NCBI GenBank assembly: GCA_044450345.1
Contig: JBIOIY010000012.1
Span: forward strand, 1 to 52,949
DNA length: 52,949 nucleotides
Direction: 5' to 3'
DNA from: Thermodesulfovibrionales bacterium
GTDB lineage: Bacteria > Nitrospirota > Thermodesulfovibrionia > Thermodesulfovibrionales > UBA6898
Positions 8,704 through 17,616 of this stretch are shown here, piece after piece (position 1 is the stretch's first letter; each line of letters begins with the position of its first letter). A model generated the notes under the pieces. The model was given only the letters and a program-made list of their open reading frames with translations, had not been told where the DNA came from and made no database searches. Both the position numbers and the translations under genes were made by a program.

Positions 8704-9726
8704 TCATACCAGGCCCCTGTCGGAAAGTTCACTCTTAATATAGGCATAATAGATCGGCGCAGCTATCACCCCTGCGATTCCGAAGGCGGCTTCCATCACC
8801 AGCATCGCTACCAGCAATTCCCATGCATGTGCCCGGATCCGCGACCCTATTATCCGGGCGTTCAGGAAATACTCAAGCTTGTGGATTATAACAAGGAACA
8901 CGAGAGACCCGAGCGCAACGGACAACGATTGGCTAAGGCTTACTACGGTGATGATCGAGTTTGAGATCAGGTTGCCTGCTACAGGGAGCAGGCCGGTGAC
9001 GAAAGTGATGGCGACCATGGTTTTTACAAGGGGCAGGTGAATGCCGAGCAAGGGCAGTAGTACCCCCAAGTAAAGCGCCGCGAAGACGGTGTTGATTGCC
9101 GCGATGCGGACCTGTGCGAAAACGACTGAACGGAAGGCATTACTCAGGCGTGAAGTGCGGCCGACCAGCGCCGCTGCCAGCGGGCGGAACTTGTGGGTAG
9201 GTGAGGCCTCCCTGAGAGAAATCAGGGCGCCGATCACCATGCCGATGAGGATATGTGCTGCAACGCGTCCTGCTTCCTTTCCGGCTGTCTGCAATTCTCC
9301 CGCATGTTCGTGGAGCCAGCGAACAGTCCAGGTCCTGAGGCCCTCAACGTCGGCCGGCAAATAATCCACGAGCCAGGCGGGCAGTTTCCCCCGCAAGCCG
9401 TCGATGATCTCAGCCATCTTTTTCAGCAGCGTCGGAATACTTTCCGGCTCACTGCGGAAAAAGAGGACCGCTCCCCAAATGAGCATTATGAGGGCTGTCA
9501 CGATAAGGGCCGCGAGCAGCGCAACCACCACGAGCTTTGCGCGCTTACCGCTCAATCTCGTAATGCGGAAAAACGGCGTGAGTATGTGGACTAATTCATA
9601 GACGAGAAGTCCTGTCAGAAGCGCGGGCAGCAGGTGCAAGCGGAGGATGAGCAGTAACGCTGCCCCTGAAAGGAGCCATGCGGCGATTTCATGTCCGCTC
9701 GGATAAGATTTAGCCTTGTCTGTCAT
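8704..9726 (-). CDS. AI-2E family transporter
   Basis: AQVRIAAINT, GNLISN, HKLEYFLNARIIG. Confidence 0.85.
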   Translation of the reverse strand: MTDKAKSYPSGHEIAAWLLSGAALLLILRLHLLPALLTGLLVYELVHILTPFFRITRLSGKRAKLVVVALLAALIVTALIMLIWGAVLFFRSEPESIPTLLKKMAEIIDGLRGKLPAWLVDYLPADVEGLRTWTVRWLHEHAGELQTAGKEAGRVAAHILIGMVIGALISLREASPTHKFRPLAAALVGRTSRLSNAFRSVVFAQVRIAAINTVFAALYLGVLLPLLGIHLPLVKTMVAITFVTGLLPVAGNLISNSIITVVSLSQSLSVALGSLVFLVIIHKLEYFLNARIIGSRIRAHAWELLVAMLVMEAAFGIAGVIAAPIYYAYIKSELSDRGLV

Positions 9727-9811
9727 TCCCCTGGCATGACCCTTGGTTATTTATAAGGATAGAGTATCGGATGATTATTTGCAACAGGGGACTGACAGAA
9801 TCGCGGGGAGA

Positions 9812-10585
9812 CTAATCATCATGACTCCCCACTAAATCCGAAAGTCCGGCAAACTCTTCAAGGCTCACTGTCTCCGGCCTTCTTCCGGGATCTATGCCTG
9901 CTGTTGTCAATAACTCTTTGATGTTTCCCCCCAAGCCCTTTAGAGAATTGGAAAGGGTTTTTCTCCTCTGGGAGAACGCGGTCCTGACGATCCGGAAAAG
10001 CATTTTTTCGTCTGCCACCTCTACCGAAGGTCTTTCGAGTATCCTCATATGCAGAACTGCGGAATCCACCTTCGGCACCGGTTTGAATGCCTCCTTCGGG
10101 ATAATGAACTTCATTTCAGGCAGCGCATGATATTGGACCATTATGGAGAGTACGCCGTAGTCTTTTCCGCCGGGCCTGGCCGCTATCCTTTCGGCAACTT
10201 CCTTTTGGGTGGTGAGAGTCATGGATTCCAAATTCTCTTTCGCTTCGAGAAGCCTGAAGACTATCGGCGTTGTAATGTAATACGGTATGTTCGCAACAAC
10301 CTTGAACCTGCCGATGTTCTCGTAGCGGAATTTCAGCGCATCGCCATGGACGAGTTCGATATTCCTGTAGCCGATCAGTTCGGCCCTTAGCCGCTCGTAA
10401 AGTTCCCGATCAAGCTCCACCGCTATCACCTTTTGTACGGCGTCCGAAAGCAGCCTTGTGAGCCTGCCGGGGCCGGGGCCTATTTCGACGACGGTATCTT
10501 CATGAGAAAGTTCAGCAACATCGACGATCCTGTTCAGGATTGCCGGGTCAAAAAGAAAATTCTGGCCCAGGTGTTTCTTAGCCAT
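9812..10585 (-). CDS. rsmA: 16S rRNA dimethyladenosine transferase
   Basis: KKHLGQNFL, EIGPGPG, NIPYYITTP, FSQRRKTL. Confidence 0.95.
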   Translation of the reverse strand: MAKKHLGQNFLFDPAILNRIVDVAELSHEDTVVEIGPGPGRLTRLLSDAVQKVIAVELDRELYERLRAELIGYRNIELVHGDALKFRYENIGRFKVVANIPYYITTPIVFRLLEAKENLESMTLTTQKEVAERIAARPGGKDYGVLSIMVQYHALPEMKFIIPKEAFKPVPKVDSAVLHMRILERPSVEVADEKMLFRIVRTAFSQRRKTLSNSLKGLGGNIKELLTTAGIDPGRRPETVSLEEFAGLSDLVGSHDD

Positions 10586-10598
10586 TCCGAGACGCACG

Positions 10599-10716
10599 AG
10601 GACAAGGCATGGTATTCGAGCGGTTTCTTTTATCCCGATGAATATCGGGAGAAAAGCCCTCGGAGGTCCGACCGCAGGTCGGAACGAGAATGAGCGGGAA
10701 TAGTATGCCTTGTCCT
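10599..10716. repeat. Nested palindromic intergenic element
   Basis: Outer IR aggacaaggcat/atgccttgtcct; inner hairpins tcccgat-gaat-atcggga and tccgacc-gca-ggtcgga. Confidence 0.75.
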
Positions 10717-10737
10717 ATTTTCATTGATGACTTATTT

Positions 10738-11730
10738 TCAGACTTTCAGACGTGAGGCGAGTTTTATCGCCTCTATCATGCTGGAGGGATTCGCCAATCC
10801 CTTCCATGCGATATCATACGCTGTGCCGTGGTCAGGCGATGTCCTGACGATCGGCAGCCCAATCGTTACATTTACTCCGGTTTCGAAGGCGATCATCTTG
10901 AGGGGAATAAGCCCCTGGTCATGATACATGCAGACGACGACGTCAAATTCACCCTTGTATGCTTTATTAAAAATAGTATCCGGCGGCAATGGCCCCACGG
11001 CATGGATGCCCTCCTTAGACGCCTCTTCAACGGCCGGGATGATCTCTTCTATTTCCTCCCTGCCGAATATCCCTGCCTCTCCTGCATGCGGGTTCAGGCC
11101 GGCAACGCCTATCCGGGGTCTTTCAATTCCCATCGCATCGCATGCCTTCTTCGCAAGCCGGATTGTCTTGAGTACCGTATCTTTTGTAATCATCCCGGGC
11201 ACGCTTCTTATGGAGGTATGGATTGTGACAAGGATTACTCTCAACGGTCCGCCGGTCAGCATCATCGCAAAATCGTCCGTCTGTGTAAGTTCCGCCAGCA
11301 TCTCTGTGTGGCCCGGCCATTTCATGCCCGCCATCTTCAGGGCTTCTTTCGAGATCGGCGCCGTAACAATGCCGTCTACTTTTTTTGCCAGTCCAAGCTC
11401 GACTGCTTTTCTGATATACCCCGCGCACGCCTTCCCGCCTTCGGGCGTGGCCCTGCCTCTCTCAAAATCCCGCAATAGGTGCAGGTCGACAAGTTCTATG
11501 ACTTCGGGAGCAGGACTTGCTTCTTCCGGAGTTTCGATGATCCTTAGTTTGAGGGACTGGTTGACGAGCCTCAGCGCCTCTTCCATAGCGATGCGGTCGC
11601 CGATGACCACAGGCGTACAGCATCCGCGCACTTCGGAAGACATAACAGCCCTGACGATTATTTCCGGCCCGACCCCTCCCGGGTCTCCCATGGTGATGGC
11701 GAGTTTTTTCACCATCTTTCTTCGCGGCAT
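10738..11730 (-). CDS. pdxA: 4-hydroxythreonine-4-phosphate dehydrogenase
   Basis: ITMGDPGGVGPE, GHTE, LNPHAGE, YHDQG, RTSPDHGTA. Confidence 0.95.
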   Translation of the reverse strand: MPRRKMVKKLAITMGDPGGVGPEIIVRAVMSSEVRGCCTPVVIGDRIAMEEALRLVNQSLKLRIIETPEEASPAPEVIELVDLHLLRDFERGRATPEGGKACAGYIRKAVELGLAKKVDGIVTAPISKEALKMAGMKWPGHTEMLAELTQTDDFAMMLTGGPLRVILVTIHTSIRSVPGMITKDTVLKTIRLAKKACDAMGIERPRIGVAGLNPHAGEAGIFGREEIEEIIPAVEEASKEGIHAVGPLPPDTIFNKAYKGEFDVVVCMYHDQGLIPLKMIAFETGVNVTIGLPIVRTSPDHGTAYDIAWKGLANPSSMIEAIKLASRLKV

Positions 11731-11902
11731 TTGAACTATCTCCTTATGGTATGACCATATAATACAATAGTTTGAGCTTTATCTCGCAAGACCATCTTTA
11801 CTGAATGGGTTGATTCCTATAAAATACTCTCACAAATCAGCATTCACGGAGAAAGAGAGTTTCTATGTACCGACTAACGTTAATAGTGCAGGGGAAACCG
11901 TC

Positions 11903-12442
11903 ATGAAAAACATTTCTTTGAAAAAAATCTTTTTGGTTTTTCTTAAAATGGGCACGTTTTCCTTCGGAGGGGTCTATTCCATGCTTGCCCTGTTTGAAAG
12001 GGAGCTGGTAGAAAAGCATCAGTGGCTCACCCATGACGAATTCATTGAAGGCGTCGCCATCGGACAGATGACGCCGGGGCCGCCTATCGTGAATACCGGA
12101 ATCTGCATAGGGTATAAGCTTAAAAAGATCAAAGGGGCATTGACTGCGACGGTGGGACAGGCGTTCACCGGCACTGTCCTGGCGATTCTGCTCGCAATTT
12201 TTTACGTAAAGACAAAGGACAACGTCCTTCTGCGGTCGATCATGAAAGGGGTGGGAGCGGCGGTGGTAGGCCTGCTGCTTTCGATCATCTACAAGATGGC
12301 TACCAAGACGATCCGGGATTACAAATCGGGACTGCTTGCCCTCTGTGCATTTTTTGCGCTTGCCGTCTTCAGGCTGAACCCTATCGGGCTGATCCTTGCT
12401 TCAGGAATAGCAGGGTTTATCGTGTACGGGCGGAGGAGATAG
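11903..12442 (+). CDS. chrA: Short-chain chromate transporter subunit
   Basis: FSFGG, QMTPGP. Confidence 0.88.
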   Translation: MKNISLKKIFLVFLKMGTFSFGGVYSMLALFERELVEKHQWLTHDEFIEGVAIGQMTPGPPIVNTGICIGYKLKKIKGALTATVGQAFTGTVLAILLAIFYVKTKDNVLLRSIMKGVGAAVVGLLLSIIYKMATKTIRDYKSGLLALCAFFALAVFRLNPIGLILASGIAGFIVYGRRR

Positions 12443-12443
12443 G

Positions 12444-12962
12444 ATGCCGGTCCTTCTGAAATTCTGCTGGACACTGATCTACATTAATGCCCTGACTATC
12501 GGGGGCGGCTTTGTGATGCTTCCCATGCTTCAACAAGAATTTGTCGAAAAATATCACTGGCTGACGAACCAGGAATTTCTTGATGCGATCGCCATCGGCC
12601 AGGTGACCCCGGGCCCTCTCACCGTCATGAATGCATTTATCGGATATAAGATTTTTGGGCTGCCGGGCTCGATTCTTGCCATGATCAGCTCGTATTTGCC
12701 CTGTATCATAATCGTTACCCTGGTTGCCAGGTTCTATTACTCATACAAAGAGTCAATAATCGTATCGTCGAGCTTCAAAGGGATAAAGGCTGCAGTGATC
12801 GGACTTCTTGGCGCCGTTGCCATCACTTTGGGCAACTCATCGCTTGTGGACTTGCCGACCTTCGGTATCGCCGTCGCCAGCTTCAGCGTCATCGCGTTTA
12901 CCAAGATCGATCCGACCTTTGTGATCATCGGTGCGGGGATCGCCGGCGCACTCGCATTGTGA
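12444..12962 (+). CDS. chrA: Short-chain chromate transporter partner subunit
   Basis: IGGG, GQVTPGP. Confidence 0.88.
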   Translation: MPVLLKFCWTLIYINALTIGGGFVMLPMLQQEFVEKYHWLTNQEFLDAIAIGQVTPGPLTVMNAFIGYKIFGLPGSILAMISSYLPCIIIVTLVARFYYSYKESIIVSSSFKGIKAAVIGLLGAVAITLGNSSLVDLPTFGIAVASFSVIAFTKIDPTFVIIGAGIAGALAL

Positions 12963-12977
12963 GGCCGATGCCTTCAG

Positions 12978-13448
12978 CTAATACCGTAATGTCGCCTTTA
13001 ATCTCTTCGGATTCAACGGCAGATCGAGTGCATCAGTAGTCGAAGTTACCAGGATATCTGCCGATTTAATGGCATCAACCGCACATCCTTCGCTAAGGCA
13101 AACTGCAACTCCTATTCTTGCGGCCTTGAGCATCAGTCTGTCATTGTTGCCGTTCCCGAAGGCTATCACACGTTCTGCTCCAAGATCGGTTAAATAGCGT
13201 TCCTTCTGAACATCGTGGTTGTCGCCGGTCAGGATATGGATATCGCACGTGATGCCTTCAAGTTCTGCCTTCGCCATACCGAAAGTGTCGGCGGTCAGGA
13301 TCTGCACTTTGAGAATTTCTGCAATCTTATTCAGCCGCTCCTTAACTCCGGGCAGGAGTCTCCCGTCAACGGAAAGTGTTCCTGTAAAGTCAGAAACCAA
13401 ATGCTCCAGACGTACATTACCGAAACCCGGGATGTCGAGTTCAAACAT
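12978..13448 (-). CDS. HAD-family soluble P-type ATPase-like phosphatase
   Basis: DFTGTL, LTADTFG, GNGNND, PKRLKATLR. Confidence 0.85.
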   Translation of the reverse strand: MFELDIPGFGNVRLEHLVSDFTGTLSVDGRLLPGVKERLNKIAEILKVQILTADTFGMAKAELEGITCDIHILTGDNHDVQKERYLTDLGAERVIAFGNGNNDRLMLKAARIGVAVCLSEGCAVDAIKSADILVTSTTDALDLPLNPKRLKATLRY

Positions 13449-13466
13449 GGTCCCCTCCTGGATAGT

Positions 13467-14519
13467 TCATTCAAAAAAACCTCTCAACTCCAATGCCAAA
13501 TCCTCCGGCAGATTAATGATCAATTCCGAATGAAGCAGTTTCTGCAAAAAATAGTCATCGTTACGATAATTGGGATAGAGATTCTGCCTGTTGATTATCT
13601 TGAGGAGACATCGGAAGCCATTCTGAGAAGAAGCATCTCTATCCGAAAAGATGGAATAATTGAAGCTCAAGTGGCCGTGACTCTCGTAAAAGGAGAGTAC
13701 CCTGGAGATACCCTTAGCGAGAGTCGCCAAGTCGCTTTCGGAAAGGAGCCCAAAATCACTCTCTCCTTCGTGGATAGCAATAACTTCATTATTACCCATC
13801 GGAGAGAAGGCCGTCAGCCAATGCCATGCACCCCTGTGAGCCACATATCTCTCCCCCAGTCGCTTCTCTTCTTCTATCAAATCCGGATAGAACTCAGAGC
13901 CGTGCTCCTGATAGTACGCATGGCCCGCCCGGATGAGTCTTTCATGATATGAATATGCGGTGGGGGTAATCAGCATCTGAAGATGGGGGTGCACGAGGGT
14001 GGCCCCGGCAGGGAAAAGGTAATTGGCGTTCACAGCCGCATACGACGCTGAAGGATCATGGGCGTACACAAGGTTGATAAACGTCTGTGCCGCCTTCAGG
14101 CCGTTCTCGATTATTGCAGGTCTGAATTCAGAAAGTTTCAGAAAATGGGCATCGGAAAGACGAATCACGGAATGGTACTTTCCGATCGGAAAAAGATTCG
14201 GGAACAGCACAGCCTCGCCTATTCTTATTCGTCCTTCGGGGACAAGTTTCGACGGATATCTGGGAGTGCTTTTTTCGACCATATCGCCGCAGAAAATACA
14301 ATTCTTTGCGCTGTCTTCGATCAATTTCTCTACAAGGCCACTATCACAGTCTCCAAAAAAGAATTTGACTTTATCCTTAAGGCAAGGGTTATAGACACTT
14401 ATATCACCTAAAAGAGGGTCTCTGCGGACTTCCACGGTATGCACTTCTTCAGAAAAGTCCCTAAAAGGATTCAGAAGTGTTAAATTCGTACCAGAGATTT
14501 CAAATCTTATTTTGGACAT
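13467..14519 (-). CDS. Galactose-1-phosphate uridylyltransferase-like (GalT/HIT) protein
   Basis: EVRRDPL, CIFC, PNLFP, HPHLQ. Confidence 0.8.
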   Translation of the reverse strand: MSKIRFEISGTNLTLLNPFRDFSEEVHTVEVRRDPLLGDISVYNPCLKDKVKFFFGDCDSGLVEKLIEDSAKNCIFCGDMVEKSTPRYPSKLVPEGRIRIGEAVLFPNLFPIGKYHSVIRLSDAHFLKLSEFRPAIIENGLKAAQTFINLVYAHDPSASYAAVNANYLFPAGATLVHPHLQMLITPTAYSYHERLIRAGHAYYQEHGSEFYPDLIEEEKRLGERYVAHRGAWHWLTAFSPMGNNEVIAIHEGESDFGLLSESDLATLAKGISRVLSFYESHGHLSFNYSIFSDRDASSQNGFRCLLKIINRQNLYPNYRNDDYFLQKLLHSELIINLPEDLALELRGFFE

Positions 14520-14573
14520 ACCGCCTCCTTTGTTTCTGCTGATCGCCCACGTTGTTAAGCCGGTCAGGTCCTC

Positions 14574-14685
14574 TTACCATTTAAGTTCCCCTCTGAAGAC
14601 GGCCCTATCCCCAGTTCCTCCTCAATCCTAAGCAGTTGATTGTACTTGCCAGTCTCCCGGAACGTGCAGGCGCCCCTGGTTCTTT
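14574..14685 (-). pseudogene. eno: Frameshifted enolase C-terminal fragment
   Basis: Reads [10 protein letters not shown] / [13 protein letters not shown] / DRAVFRGELKW* across two frameshifts. Confidence 0.8.
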
Positions 14686-14724
14686 GCGTCCTTCATTCAT
14701 CCTCTGAAGTTCTCCACGCTATAA

Positions 14725-15441
14725 CTATAGGATCTCCGAGCCGACATCCCTGTGCGTGTACTTAATCACATTCACGTCCGAAAGCACAACGATACCCTCG
14801 TCGACCAGTTCGTCGAGGATAGGGATCACCTTGTTGATCTTATCTTCAGTATCCATAACCGTAATCAGGACCGGCAGTTCGCCGTGCACGGTCAGTGTTT
14901 TTTTCTTGTGATACCGTTTGTGAGGCCCATAGCCTGCGATTGCTTTGTATACCGTTGCTCCCGCGATATCGTTCATGATAAGCCTTTTAATGATCGCCTC
15001 ATACAGGGGCTCGCCTTCCCACTTGTCGTCTTCGCTTATTATGATGCGAAGCATCTTCGCCTTGCCTTCGAGCTTCATATGTTCTCCTTTTTCCGGCTGT
15101 TTCTCATCCGCCATGGGGCAGCACTTGACGACGTTAGTGTCCGTAATCTCGACCATGCCCTTTTCGACCACGTGGTAGACATCCGGAAGTACCCTGTTGA
15201 TCATCTCCCCGGATTCCACCACCTCGATCTTTACCGGCATGCTAGTGGATAGCTCAAGCATCTTCGAGGTATGGAACACTCCGTCGCTGCCATACCCTGC
15301 GATGCCCCGGAATATGCTCACACCCATAATCTTCTTTTTAAAGAAGATATCGAGCAGCACTTCGTAGACGGGCTTGCCGTGGAACTTATCCGCCTCATCA
15401 ACATAAATGGTCAGCTTCTTTGCAGGTCCTTTGGTCACCAT
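14725..15441 (-). CDS. Tandem DUF190 (PII-like) protein
   Basis: Two L.I...E.D...G.P.YE / G.TV.RG..GYG repeats; downstream of crcB. Confidence 0.88.
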   Translation of the reverse strand: MVTKGPAKKLTIYVDEADKFHGKPVYEVLLDIFFKKKIMGVSIFRGIAGYGSDGVFHTSKMLELSTSMPVKIEVVESGEMINRVLPDVYHVVEKGMVEITDTNVVKCCPMADEKQPEKGEHMKLEGKAKMLRIIISEDDKWEGEPLYEAIIKRLIMNDIAGATVYKAIAGYGPHKRYHKKKTLTVHGELPVLITVMDTEDKINKVIPILDELVDEGIVVLSDVNVIKYTHRDVGSEIL

Positions 15442-15452
15442 ATGTTTATCTC

Positions 15453-15827
15453 CTATATGCCCCTTGCAATCGCTTCTCCGAGTTTCAACGCCACGAAACC
15501 AAAGAATACGCTTAAAACAATGTTCAGCGCTGCGTAGACCAACTCCCCGTCGGCAACAAGCTTGCCGGTTTCATACTGGAACGTCGAAAAGGTAGTGTAA
15601 CCTCCCAGGCCTCCGACAACGAGGAGGAGTCTCAACTCCGGGTTTTCCAGGAAGCGCTCTGCCATCAGGGTCATCAGTAAGCCGATAAGAAAGCTTCCGC
15701 TCACGTTAATGACGAAGGTGCCGAGGGGAAAGCTCCTTCCCCAACGTTGGCCGATCCACGTGGCGAGCACGAAGCGAAAAACAGAGCCAATGCCTCCGCC
15801 CAGGAAAACTACAATATAGTTTATCAT
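15453..15827 (-). CDS. crcB: Fluoride channel Fluc/CrcB
   Basis: GGGIGSVFRF, FPLGTFVIN, GGYTTFSTF. Confidence 0.96.
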   Translation of the reverse strand: MINYIVVFLGGGIGSVFRFVLATWIGQRWGRSFPLGTFVINVSGSFLIGLLMTLMAERFLENPELRLLLVVGGLGGYTTFSTFQYETGKLVADGELVYAALNIVLSVFFGFVALKLGEAIARGI

Positions 15828-15849
15828 TAAAAGTGCATCCTCATTATAG

Positions 15850-15963
15850 CTATTTTACAATCGTAACAGTGCAGTGCGAATAGGTAGCAACCCTCTTCGA
15901 GACTGAGCCGAGAAGCCGGCTTTCTATTCTTGATTTTGCCGCAAGACCCCAAACTTCATACAT
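15850..15963 (-). pseudogene. Internally deleted universal stress protein (37 aa)
   Basis: GGAAAGGA RBS; MYEVWGLAAKSRIESRLLGSVSKRVATYSHCTVTIVK* matches the USP C-terminal LLGSVS..V...A.C.V.IVK motif. Confidence 0.75.
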
Positions 15964-16080
15964 ATGCCGTTTCCTTTCCGGGCATAAAAAAACTCCCGCT
16001 CTGTAAGCGATCAGCAATCAGCATTCAGCGATCAGAAAAAATGCTGACGGCTGAAAGCTACAAAGCCAAAGGCTAACATC

Positions 16081-16136
16081 GTAGGAGTCATCAGCCCCGG
16101 CCAGCGCCAAGGCGGTTAATGGCGAACTCCATCGCC
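16081..16136 (-). ncRNA. Fluoride riboswitch
   Basis: GGCGATGGAGTTCGCC-ATTAACCGCC..GCTGATGACTCCTAC upstream of crcB; TTGAAA/TAGAAT promoter just upstream. Confidence 0.95.
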
Positions 16137-16203
16137 CTTTTTATAATTCTATTACATGTTTCGCGCAGTTTTCAAGGAGAAAAAGCGGCAGTGAGCCGGG
16201 GAA

Positions 16204-16273
16204 CTACTCCCCGATGATTTTCACGAGCACCCTCTTTCTCCGTCTGCCGTAGAACTCGCCGTAAAAAATCTGC
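16204..16273 (-). pseudogene. Duplicated 3' end of yjbQ (att-like)
   Basis: 59/70 identity to 17617-17686; encodes [22 protein letters not shown]. Confidence 0.88.
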
Positions 16274-16392
16274 GTTGAGCAGTCGTGAGATGACGTCAAG
16301 CGACCTGCTCCCCTAGTTTTAGGCGGGCAGTCTTTTCATGCTCCAGTTTTAAATACGCTTCCGCTGCATCTTTTTCTAACTGTGCTGCACGC

Positions 16393-16424
16393 TCGTTGGT
16401 GTTCTCCATCGTTGGTGTTCTCCA
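16393..16424. repeat. Exact 16-bp tandem duplication
   Basis: tcgttggtgttctcca x2. Confidence 0.85.
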
Positions 16425-16458
16425 CTTATCTTGACGCCAATAATCTGATATACTTTTT

Positions 16459-16938
16459 ATGAAGGGAGTATCTATGGGCGATCTGGACGACATCCTGAAA
16501 AAACATAATGCAAAAAAAGAGGAAGAAAAAATGCGGCTGGAAGAGACAGCCGCAAATGTAAAAAGTGAACAAATGAATGTCAGGGCCGAATTCAAAAAGT
16601 GCGTTGACGAAATTATTCTCCCTATTCTCCGCGAATACCAGACCTCACTGAAGAATGCAGGCTATTTTGCCGTCATAGAAGCGCCATTGATGACCGAGTC
16701 CGGCGAACCTGGTCCCGATAAGCAGTTTTACAATAGAGTCACCTTCAAGTTTGATACCGACAAATTTGCAAAATCAAAGGAGGTCCTTTCTTCAAATGCG
16801 CATTCCATTATTTTTCAGAGTGCCGCTAAACCAAATGTTGCTGTGAGCTTCGATAACTATACTAAAAGAATTGAGGGTAGCGAGTTTTTCATAAGGGAAA
16901 CATTGATGGGGATTTTCAAAAAAATGTTTCCGGAATGA
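16459..16938 (+). CDS. Hypothetical protein
   Basis: 159-aa ORF, AT-richer than its neighbours; likely start at the second Met after GGGAG. Confidence 0.65.
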   Translation: MKGVSMGDLDDILKKHNAKKEEEKMRLEETAANVKSEQMNVRAEFKKCVDEIILPILREYQTSLKNAGYFAVIEAPLMTESGEPGPDKQFYNRVTFKFDTDKFAKSKEVLSSNAHSIIFQSAAKPNVAVSFDNYTKRIEGSEFFIRETLMGIFKKMFPE

Positions 16939-17124
16939 GTATCTTTTATGGAGAGCGCATAACAAAGTTTCAAACACGTTTCTCTACTGGAAGAGCCGAA
17001 GCCAGCATGATCAGAAGAGGTATGTCCTTGAATGCAGGCTTCGGTCGGGTTAGAATAATGTTATGAAAGCCCGGATGCTTTGGTTGACATTTTTTTGATT
17101 AAAAAGAAAGTGGAGGGAGGGCAT

Positions 17125-17526
17125 ATGAAAAAAGTGTTGTCTCTCGCAATCCTTGGAGTTCTCATTGTGCTGATAGCATGCGCGAAGATGCAGGGCACAA
17201 ACGATGTGCCCCGCATTACAAAGGACGAACTGAAGACTAAACTTGGATCATCGGGTGTGGTTCTTCTGGATGTGAGGGCAAAGAACGATTGGGAAATGAG
17301 CAATGAAAAGATTACCGGCGCCGTACGGATGGATCCACAGACCGTTGATGCCTGGGCCGGCACATTGCCGAAAGACAAGGATATAGTCCTTTACTGCGCA
17401 TGACCGAATGAAGGCACGAGCGCCCGTGTGGCGAAACAGCTGATTGCGAAAGGCTTCAAAGCAAAGGCTCTCAAAGGTGGCTGGAGAGAATGGTCCAAGG
17501 CCAAATACCCCGTTGAGAAGAAGTAA
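17125..17526 (+). CDS. Rhodanese-like lipoprotein, probable selenoprotein (UGA 17401-17403)
   Basis: GGAGG RBS, lipobox LIAC, LLDVR, IVLYCA-UGA-PNEGTSARVA..LKGGW..W..YPVEKK*. Confidence 0.85.
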
Positions 17527-17616
17527 TCGATCTTAAGCCATCGCCATGCAGCTTGTCCTTATACATGATATTTACTCCTTAATATGACAGCATCTTGAAT
17601 CAGCGGCCGGAGCGCA

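Larger units (their letters stand above)
16274..17616. mobile_element. Probable remnant of an element integrated in the yjbQ 3' end
   Basis: Bounded by direct repeats of the yjbQ 3' end with an identical 22-bp core; no integrase visible. Confidence 0.6.
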
